64,000 bases of DNA from Octopus sinensis. Taxonomy: Eukaryota. The stretch is taken from contig NC_043016.1 in assembly GCF_006345805.1 (NCBI RefSeq), positions 4,712,001-4,776,000 of the forward strand, given 5' to 3'. A model generated the notes under the pieces. The model did no database searches and had not been told where the DNA came from. It saw only the letters and a program-made list of their open reading frames with translations. Shown in pieces: positions 53,724 to 64,000 of this stretch. How positions within the stretch are numbered: position 1 is the stretch's first letter; each line of letters begins with the position of its first letter. The position numbers were made by a program, and so were the translations under genes.

Positions 53724-53903
53724 GAACGATTTTTTTCTTGTTCTTCCTTACTTTTTTCTCTTTTCTTTCTTTCTTTCTTTGTTCACATAACTTGAGTCTG
53801 TAAATGAATAATTTATTTTAAATGTGGTATCAATGTATACGATGCGTTTCTTTCTCCTGGGTGTCTGGAAGACACTCGGCAGGAAATGGAAACAAAACTG
53901 GAA

Positions 53904-53994
<91 letters not shown>

Positions 53995-54001
53995 ACTGCT
54001 G

Positions 54002-54049
<48 letters not shown>

Positions 54050-54087
54050 ATAATAATAATAATAATAATAATGATAATAATGATAAT

Positions 54088-54628
54088 GCTCTGAAGCAGT
54101 ACCAGAAAGTGGCTGTCATGGCTTCTGATCTTAGCTGATTTGAAGTGTTATCATGTACATTGTTTTGTCTTGGTATAAAAGATGGGCTACAGCAAATATT
54201 CTGCTCAATACCACAGATTTGTTTGTCAGTTGTTTGACCTTAACCAGTTGAGCATGTCCCTTAATGGCTGACGATATGTGCATCTCTGATCACGAGCAGA
54301 AGCAGTGGGGGAGCATCATAGCCATGTGTTGGAGGTTTGAATATTCCACGTCTGGAAACATGGGTCTTTCATTCAATATCCTTAAACAATCCTTATTCAG
54401 GGACGTTTTGAGCGGGATGGGTTACTCGACCAGAAGAAAATTCTAACTGGCCCCCACCTGCAAGGTCATGCGCTATTTATCTTGATATGAGATCACCATG
54501 TCGCGCACATATGGTTGTGATGCATGTGCCTGGTGTACCTTTATCAGACGAGTAGTCATGATGGGTATACTGGGCTTCGTATATTTTACCCCAGTGTCAC
54601 TTTGATGGCATGCACTGCTCTCTCACTC
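54088..54628. mobile_element. Unclassified ~540-bp element flanked by (AAT)n, copy 2
   Basis: Aligns with 29313-29866. Confidence 0.8.
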
Positions 54629-54704
<76 letters not shown>

Positions 54705-54706
<2 letters not shown>

Positions 54707-55735
54707 GGACCAGGGTAGAAAATAGCAGTAGAAGAATGTGTATAGATGGAAAGAAAAAGGCTAGTGGAGTATTTACAGAGCAGCACAGAAAATCTAGTAA
54801 AGAGAGCGAATAAATAACAGGTGATGAAGCACGTGATAGGAGAAAAGGACAAGAACGAAATACAAAGAGAGCACGTCAGACAGATTGAAGCGAAACCTCT
54901 GCATGGCCATTTTGGAGAGCCACTGAAGATGTTTGTGGAACAAAATCCTGGGCTTGGTTAAAAAAGGGGCAATTAAAAAAAGAAATAGAGTCTAATTGTA
55001 GCAGCTCAAGATCAAGCGATAAAAACAAACAACTTGAGAAAAAATATATATGGAGAGAATGCGTCAGAAAAATGTAGAGCTTGTGGAACTTGGAACGAGA
55101 CGGTGGCACACGTTGTGGAAGAATGCCCCAAGTTGGCACAGGAAGAATATAAGAAATGGAGGCACGACCAGGCTGTAAAAGTTTTACACTGGAAACTGTT
55201 CCAGAAATGAGGATTTGAAGCTAGAAACACATGGTACAATAATCGAGTCGAAAGAGAATCAGAGAAATGTAAGATTTTGTGAGATTTGCCTATTCAAGTG
55301 GACAAGAAGTTAGAAAATAATAGACCGGACATAAGTATAAATAAAGAAAAGCGAAGTTGCTTACTGATTGATCCGTCATGCCCGTTTGATTTCAGAACCG
55401 TCAAGAAGAGGACGAGAAACAAAAAAAAAATACAAACCCTTAAAATTTGAAATAAGAAGTATTAGGTGTATACGAACAGTAAAGGCTGTGCCTATAATAA
55501 TTGGTGCGTCGGGAACCGTAAGCAAAGGTAAAGACAAATGGCTGAGGGAGATTGGAATATAATGCCCGGTAGAGCTCTTGCAGAAAGTTTGTCTCTTAAG
55601 GACAACAAGGATTATCAGGAGAGTTCTAAGCACTTGAAAGACTGCTGAAAACTTGTGGATGCCTAAGGTTACAGGTAGTAACCCGCTATCCACATAAACT
55701 CTACCAGGAATAAGACCGACTATGCGCCAAGCCAA
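54705..55735 (+). pseudogene. 5'-truncated R4/Dong-like LINE between (AAT)n runs
   Basis: LHGHFWRAT..VAAQDQAIKT..KCRACGTWNETVAHVVEECPKLAQEEYKKWRHDQ..NRPDI..LLIDPSCPFD..KYKPLKFEI..PIIIGASG..RRVLST* (stop 55637), a short 3' UTR and an (AAT)n tail. Confidence 0.88.
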
Positions 55736-56869
55736 AATAATAATAATGATAATAAAATATTATAGGCTTATAGTAGCCAAATTACCATTTGAGTACCAGC
55801 CCTGACAATCATCAGAAATGGTTAAAAGTATCATATTATGGCTGCTGTAAAAACTGGAATGAAATTCAAGATAGAAATCGATCAAGTTAAATGTAAAGAA
55901 AGATACTTAGTTCGTTTGAGATAGGTTCTTTTGATTTGAACCAAAAAGGGTTATTCCGAGATATATTTGTAGGGTAGGATTGAATCTGTGGTGAAAGTGG
56001 AGTGGGGTAAAAGTGCAGGGTTTGTTTAAGAGTGGGAGTGCAAGGTGTTAATTTTAAAATCATGTGTTGTCATGTGCATGTATGTGTGTATGCGCTTGTA
56101 TATATGGAATATCTTTTATCAATTTCTGAGATTGCAATGAGGAGAAACTACGATGGAATCCAACTTTATATTCGTGAAGAGTTCGTCCAGTTTGCTAAGG
56201 CGTATCTGTGCTCATGGAGGGAGGGTGGAAAAAAAACCCTACACTTAATGTTTATACCTGGATGAAGCACTTCTTCAGTATGAATTTTTTTCGGCCGATC
56301 AGAGTTTGCACCTCCTGTTGTTTTAAATTAAGGTTGGCACTTTCTAAAACCATCCATAAATGCAATGCACAGCTCCCTGCGCCCCCCCCCCCTGCAAAAC
56401 TATGCCAATAATATTAAAATATTAAGGCAATAAAAGATTTGAAAATATGAAAATACTTGAGAAGTACTTCGATGCCATAGATAGATGGGCAACACATTAT
56501 GTAAGTCAACATAATAAAATTTAGGTGTTTCGCTTTCACCTCCAGTATTAAACAATGTGGACACAGAAGGCTGGAAGGTAGCAGAGTAGCAGGATCAGAC
56601 AATGCCTGAGGCATACAAAAATGGTTATAGTTACTGGATATTATTCTAGGATTTGTTAGAAGAATGATGCAAAAGATTGCTCAGACGAATTTTGACAACA
56701 TTCAGGACAAAAACACAAGAGGTCGTGCTTCTTCTCCGGGAGAATATTTTTCTCTCAGTTGCTTAGATGCTTCCAACGATAATGGGCATGCGCTAACAAA
56801 CTCAGTACAAACTGGAGGCAAACCGAAAGGACTAACTTCACATAAAAAAAAAAATAATAAGGATGATGA

Positions 56870-56886
56870 TGGTGATGACGATGATG

Positions 56887-56949
<63 letters not shown>

Positions 56950-57220
56950 GGAAGAGAAAAGAAGAAGAAGAAGAATGATGATGATGATAATGATAATAAT
57001 GATAATAATAATAATAATATAATAATAATAATGATAATGATAAAATAATAATAATGATAATGATAATAATAATAATAATATAATAATAATAATAATAATA
57101 ATGATAACGATAATAATAATAATAGTAATAATAATAATAATAATAATAATGATGATAATGATAATAATAATAATAATGATGATAATGATAAATATGATAA
57201 TAATAATAAATAATAATAAT

Positions 57221-57252
<32 letters not shown>

Positions 57253-57298
57253 AATAATGATGATGATAATGATAATAATGATAATAATGATAATAATA

Positions 57299-57371
<73 letters not shown>

Positions 57372-57397
57372 TGATAATGATAATAATGATAATAATA

Positions 57398-57489
<92 letters not shown>

Positions 57490-57506
57490 AATGATAATAA
57501 TAATAA

Positions 57507-57574
<68 letters not shown>

Positions 57575-57585
57575 TGATGATAATG

Positions 57586-57616
<31 letters not shown>

Positions 57617-57774
57617 TGATAATGATAATAAATGAAAATAATAATAATAATAATGGTAATGTATAATAATAAATAATAATAATAATAAATAATAATAATA
57701 ATGATAATGATAATAAATCATAATAATCACACACACATAATAATGATAATAATGATAATAATAATATGATAATG

Positions 57775-57809
<35 letters not shown>

Positions 57810-57863
57810 AATAATAATATAATAATAATATAATGATGATAATGATAATAAATGATAATAATA

Positions 57864-57894
<31 letters not shown>

Positions 57895-57919
57895 TATGAT
57901 AATGATAATAATAATATAC

Positions 57920-57962
<43 letters not shown>

Positions 57963-58053
57963 AATGATAATAAATAATAAAAAATAATGATAATGATAAT
58001 AATAAATAATAATAATATCATAATATAGAATAATGATAATGATAATAATGATC

Positions 58054-58103
<50 letters not shown>

Positions 58104-58142
58104 AATAATAATAATATAATAATAATAATGATGATGATAATG

Positions 58143-58173
<31 letters not shown>

Positions 58174-58290
58174 TGATAATGATAATAATGATAATAATAA
58201 TAATAATAATAATATGATAATGATAATAATATAATAATAATAATAAATAATAATAATAATAATAAATAATGATAATGATAATAATCATAA
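56870..58290. repeat. ~1.4-kb compound (AAT)n/(GAT)n array
   Basis: Directly visible; ORF 56838-58352 is an artefact. Confidence 0.97.
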
Positions 58291-58550
58291 TAATCACACA
58301 CACAGATAGAGAAATTAAGGCCAACAGACCAGATATAGTTGTCAGAGATCATGAAGAAAAAAAATGCTTTCTAATTGATGTATCAATACCGGCAGATGAC
58401 AAACATGTCTCTAAAAGAAATGGAGAAGAACTCTCAAAATACAAAGACCTGGAAATAGAGGTGGTAACTAGAATGGGGAATCTAAAAACAGAAACAATTC
58501 CTATCATAGTGGGTGCATTAGGCATGATAAAAAATATTCAGACAAATACA
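58291..58550 (+). pseudogene. Restriction-like endonuclease fragment of an R4/Dong-like LINE
   Basis: HTDREIKANRPDIVVRDHEEKKCFLIDVSIP..SKYKDLEIEV..IPIIVGALGMIK (PD..D..K motif). Confidence 0.85.
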
Positions 58551-58552
58551 TT

Positions 58553-59846
58553 CTACAGAGAGAAATGAAAGTCAAGGTCAAACGAGCGTATCAAAAAAGG
58601 GTGAAGATGGTGTTAAAATCCAACCAGAATGCCAAAAATTTGATAACCGCCATGACCATCTGGGCAGTTGCAGTGGTCAGATATAGTGCGTCCATCCTCA
58701 AATGGACAAAGGAGGAAATACCAACACTGGATAGAGGGACGAGAAAGTCGATGGCGCTGCATGGGGCGCTACACCCTAAAGCAAATGTAAACAGACCGTA
58801 GATGAAAAAAAGAATGGTGGCAGAGGAATAATTTGTATAGACCATTGTATAAGGATTGACAGGAGAACGTTTGCCGAGTATTTGATAAATAGTGATGAAG
58901 ACCTGCTGCAATATGCCGCGAAAGATATGGATGTAGCTGCGGATGAAATGATGGGCAAAGAAGAGTTTAACTAAAGAGCTGAGGAGAAGAGAAAAGAAAA
59001 CCTTCTTGAAATGAGAATGCATGTACAATTTGAAAGGAACACACAAGGCGTTAAGGATAATACAGCATCGGGGGCATGCTTGAGCGAGGTTGTTTGATGA
59101 AGCGAAACCACCGAACGAAAGCCTGATCGTTGCCTCATAAGACCAGGCTCTCAGTACTAAGTCAGTGAAGTATAACATCTAAAAACTTCTGATACCCAGA
59201 AATGCACACTCTGTGGGAAGAGTGTGGAAAATGTGACTCACTTAGTAAGTGGATGTGAGAGCCTTGCACAAAAGAATACCAAGCACCGCTCGATAAAGTG
59301 TGTATCTTCAATGGTTCTTATGCCGTGAATACCAATATGAAGTAACAGAGAACTGGTATGAGCATGTAACTAAGTAAAGTTATGCAGGAGGATGGAAAAG
59401 TAACGATACTCTGAGACCATGATTTTCTGACGGATCGTGTAATCGAACACCGTCGGCCGGATATTGTCATATTGAATAAGAAAGACAAATACTGCCAGAT
59501 CCTTGATGTAGCCATACCAAATGACATGAATCTTGTGAGTAAAGAGGTTGAAAATCTCACCAAGTACTTTGAATTGAAAGTGGAAATTGCAAGAGTGTAT
59601 GGAATGCGAGAGGGTAATGTAAAAGTGATACCAGTGGTGATCGGAGCGTTGGGCTCAATCCCATTGAAACTTCAAAACTTCTTAAGGCAACTGGAAATCC
59701 CATGCAAGATTGATCTCTCGCAAAAAGCAGCCTTATTGGGCACAGAGAACATCTTAAGTAAAGTATTATCAGTCTGAGGTCCTTGTTGTGACTTGACAGA
59801 TTACTAAAGACTTCGGTGCATTTTTACCTACACTATGTTACTAAGG
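58553..59846 (+). pseudogene. 5'-truncated R4/Dong-like LINE with (AAT)n tail
   Basis: RVKMVLKSNQNAKNLITAMTIWAVAVVRYSA..HPKANVNR..KCTLCGKSVENVTHLVSGCESLAQK..HRRPDIVIL..ILDVAIPND..KYFELKVEI..PVVIGALG..KVLSV* (59777). Confidence 0.88.
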
Positions 59847-59871
59847 AATAATAATAATAATAATAATAATG

Positions 59872-59909
<38 letters not shown>

Positions 59910-60091
59910 CCTTTCTCCTGGAGAAAGGCCTCAAATTTGGGGGAAGGGATTAAGTCGATTATATCAACCCCAGAAAGGATGAAAGGCAAAGTCGACTCCT
60001 GGTGGAATTTGAACGCAGAACGTAACGACAAATGAAATACCGATAAGTATTTCGCCTGACGTGCTAACGATTCTGCCAGCTCGGTGCCTTC

Positions 60092-60161
<70 letters not shown>

Positions 60162-60350
60162 TAATAATAATGGCACAAGGCCTGAAATTTGGGGAAAGGA
60201 GAGTAATTGATTGCATGAACCCCAGTGACCCTGAAAGGATGAAAAGCAAAGTGGACCTTAGCGGAATTTGAAATCAGAACGTCAAGATGGACCAAATACC
60301 GCCATGCATTTCTCCCAGCGTGCTAACGATTCTGCCAGCTCGGTGCCTTC

Positions 60351-60382
<32 letters not shown>

Positions 60383-60450
60383 TAATAATAATAATGATAA
60401 TAATGAAGATAATAATAATAATAATGATGATGATGATGATGATGATGATG

Positions 60451-60513
<63 letters not shown>

Positions 60514-60855
60514 GTCGACTGCTTCGATCCCAGTGCTCAACTGGTAATTATTTTATCACGAAAGGATGACTACCGATTTCAATCCAAATCGGAACTCAGA
60601 ATGTAAAGAGTCGGAAGAGATGACCCTTACCATTTTGTCTGAGACTAACGATTCTGTCAGCTTGCCTCTTTCTAATTTTTGGCACAAGACTTGTAATTCT
60701 GAGGAGGGGGAACATGTCAATTGTATCGGCTCCGCCACTTCATTGGTACTTTATTTCATCGACCCCGAAACGATAAAAAAAAACAAAGTCGTTCTTGGTG
60801 GAATTTGAACTCAGAAGAAACGCTACCGAGCTCTGACGATTCTGCCAGCTCATCG
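59910..60855 (-). mobile_element. Four consecutive SINE family A copies, the first three separated by (AAT)n
   Basis: Copies at 59910-60091, 60172-60350, 60514-60671 and 60672-60855, all in the same orientation. Confidence 0.8.
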
Positions 60856-60949
60856 TATCCTAAATTTGGAAAATGTGTTCATTGCATCGTATTTTTTTTT
60901 TCTCTCCCGACAAGAATTAACTTTACCATCCTCATTGATTGAAGAAATT

Positions 60950-61402
60950 GACACAGAGTGAAAGAGAATGAGAGAATGAGAGAATGAGAGAATGATGGGA
61001 AGGTAAAGAGAATGATGGGATGGAAGAGAAAAGTTGAATGATGGTGGTGGTGGTGGTGGTGGTGGTGGTGGTGGTGGTGGGAGGGGGGTGAAGGAAAATG
61101 GTTAAGTGAGAAAGGAGGAGAAAGGAAGATTGTGAACGGAGGGGTGGCCATGATGAGAGTGTGCGAGAGTGTGAATGAAGGAGAGCGGAAGGCGATGGAG
61201 AGAGAGTGAAGAGAAGAGAAGAAAGCGAGAGAAACAGGGTGAAGGGAACGACAGGGGGGAGGGGGAAAGCCCGCGCGTGTGTGCGTGTGTGTGTGGAAAG
61301 AATGGTAGAGAGTGAGAATGGAAATAGAGATGGTATGAAGTGAGGAAGGAGCGTCAGTGGTTAGGGGTATGAGAGGGGGGGAGAAAGTTAAAGGACTTGG
61401 GG

Positions 61403-61436
<34 letters not shown>

Positions 61437-61698
61437 GAGGAGGAGGAGGGTGAAAAGGTGCGAAGATGAAAAGGGGAAAAAGTAAAGGGCGAAAGCAAGG
61501 AATGAGAACGGAGGGGGTGGGAAAAGGAAGAGACAGTGTGAGAAAGAGAGAGAGTGAGTGAAGGAAAGTGAGAGGATGGGAGGAAAGAAAAGATGTGTGA
61601 AGTGAAGTGTAGGGGGTTGAGTGAAAGCGAGCTGGAGTGGAGTGGAAAAGGCGAAAGAATTGAGAGATGGAGTATAAGCGATAAAAAGAAATAACAAG

Positions 61699-61735
<37 letters not shown>

Positions 61736-61930
61736 ATAGGAGTGAGAGCGAAAAAGAAAGAAAGCACGAGAGTAGGGGGGGGTGAGAGAGAGAGAAAGTG
61801 AGAGAGAAAGTGAGAGTGAGTAAAGCGGCGTCGAAATGAGTGACAAAACGAGACAAACGTAAGATGGGAGGAGAAGGGAGAGGGAATGTAGCAGAGGAGA
61901 GAAGGGAGTGGGAGGGGAAGGGGAGGGAGA
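60950..61930. repeat. Purine-rich low-complexity tract with (GGT)n, (GTA)n and (GA)n
   Basis: Directly visible. Confidence 0.85.
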
Positions 61931-64000
61931 ACTCGGAAATACCTGAACGAGACGAGCCAAGTCATTTGGTTAGAAAACCTGTTAGAAATAGCAGCCAAAT
62001 CTCCCTCGACTTTAGCCAGTGTAGTTCTTTATAAGATATATGTTTACTACTATATACGAAGACGTGTCTGTGGTCGTTCGAAATGCTTGAAATAGCAGTC
62101 AAATTTCTCCCCCCAATCACACCCTATTTTCTGAAAAAAGAAAATGATGTACTGGATAATGTACCCCTAAGATTCCCTGTGTTTAAATAAAATGCATGAT
62201 GGTTACGGTTGGAGCGCTTTTGATCATGTGTCTGCTAGATGAAGGAATGACCAGGGACTGAGCAACAGCAGCGGGGGGACTAAACAACAACCTGTAGAAG
62301 TGGAGGGAATCGGAAACAGGAAAGAAAGAAAGAAGAAAGAAGAAGAAAAGAAGAAAAGAAGTGGCCGTGCGCGCGCGTGTTTGTGTGTGTGTGTGTGTGT
62401 GCGCGCGCGACTGACTGCGTGCGTGCGCGCGCGACTGAATCTTTTTTGTAAGTAATAAAAGAAGGTGTGGTGGGGGTGGGGGGAAAAGAAGAAGAGGAAA
62501 AGAAGGCGGAAGATAACAAGAAAGCGAGAGAAAGAGATAGAAACACATACAAATGGAGATGTAGACAGATATACGTACACACAGACACACACACACACAC
62601 ACACACACAAGCATATAATATATGCACAGATATTATATACACAGAGCAAATGAAACACAAACGTATAGAAATGTAATACAAGACACACGAGCACATAGAG
62701 TGACAGAAATACTCTACGCAGGCAGGCAGGCAGACAGGCAGGCAGGCAGGCAGGCAGACAGGCAAGCAGGCAGGCGGACAGGCGGACAGGCAGGCCAAAG
62801 AACAAATCAAAAATTCTACCAACCCATCCAGAAGTGGCAGAGAAATACCGCGTGAAGAAAAGTTAGATTTTCTCTTCGTCTTCTCTGTTTTGGTTTTTAC
62901 CAAGAAATTGTCAGATTTTACTAAATCTACCAAAACTGTTTCTATTTTAAACCATCAATTTATCAAATTTTACCAATTCTAACAGTTTTAAGGAAATTAT
63001 TACCAATTTAAAAAAAAATTTACCAAGTTTAGCAATTTCTCTTCTTTCACTGAGATATTGTGTTTATCAAATTTGTTGGGTTTACCAAATTTTACAATTT
63101 TAGCGATTTTCACTTTTACCAAGAATTTTTCTATTTTTACCAAAATTTACTTTTTTCTTTTCTTCTTCCAAGAAATCCACTTATTTTTTTTTTCTTACCC
63201 CGTGTAATGATGTTTTTTTATTAAGCGTCAAACTATCGAAGCAGCGAACTGGAATTTGTAGCTGGACTCTGATTCATTTACAATATACATATGTCACACA
63301 TAAATATACGGATTGTTTTCGTTTTTACGGAAATTCTTAGCGAAACGTCAAACAGATACGTATCTTTCTTTCATCACAACAAATATATTTCTTCATAAGT
63401 ACATACTCCTACAAACATATATTATACTTTTGCTGCGTATATACATACATATATTTCAAGTTTATCTTCTTACCAACGATAAAGTTAATCACGGAAAAAC
63501 GATTCTAACTCGCGTTGTGTATACATTTGTAAATAAATATTTGTACATACTTACTTGAACATATACAGCTGTATATACAGACATATATTTGGAAACTCAA
63601 GTTAAAACTTGAAGAGTCAACATTTTCTGCAATTTAATATCTATACGTACATACATAATACGTATACAACATTACGCACGCAATTGACACACGAACACAT
63701 ACACAGAAACACGTGCAGTAGATACACGTACACACACACACACACACACACATATTTATCAGCTCTTGTCTGCGTTCATACATGTGGATTATTTTCCCCT
63801 AAACTTTCGAAAAGTATTGACGTAAAACAAACTTACAAAACAATCAATTTTCGCAAGTGATTATACACGTAAATACATCATCACCAACAACAAATTAACC
63901 ATTATAAGATATGGCATTCACCTTGCGATTTGTCTGCATTCTAGTCACCGCTTTTCTTCTCTTTGGACAATGTACTCTAGAGTCGAGTACAAGAAGTCCC

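Overview
Eukaryotic, AT-rich, extremely microsatellite-rich DNA. Its repeat repertoire is what I recognise from Octopus genomes (an inference from the repeat sequences, not a database hit). I find no intact host gene, tRNA, rRNA or CRISPR array. Almost all long ORFs in the track are microsatellite artefacts or transposon remnants. Supported content: (i) many tRNA-derived SINEs from at least four families; (ii) decayed RTE, L1/Tx1 and R4/Dong-like LINE fragments, the last concentrated at 51.8-59.8 kb among (AAT)n arrays; (iii) a Penelope-like element whose uninterrupted GIY-YIG coding fragment lies between two ~690-bp inverted arms, each carrying a minimal type I hammerhead ribozyme with a compensated U3:A8 core and a palindromic stem III; (iv) a spacerless ~850-bp palindrome whose arms carry a second, more deviant hammerhead-like motif; (v) a Ty3/gypsy-like LTR plus gag fragment; (vi) non-autonomous Helitrons, piggyBac- and Merlin/hAT-type MITEs and a Tc1/mariner remnant; (vii) a 100-N scaffold gap at 42520-42619. 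All alignments and RNA folds were done by eye and need computational confirmation.
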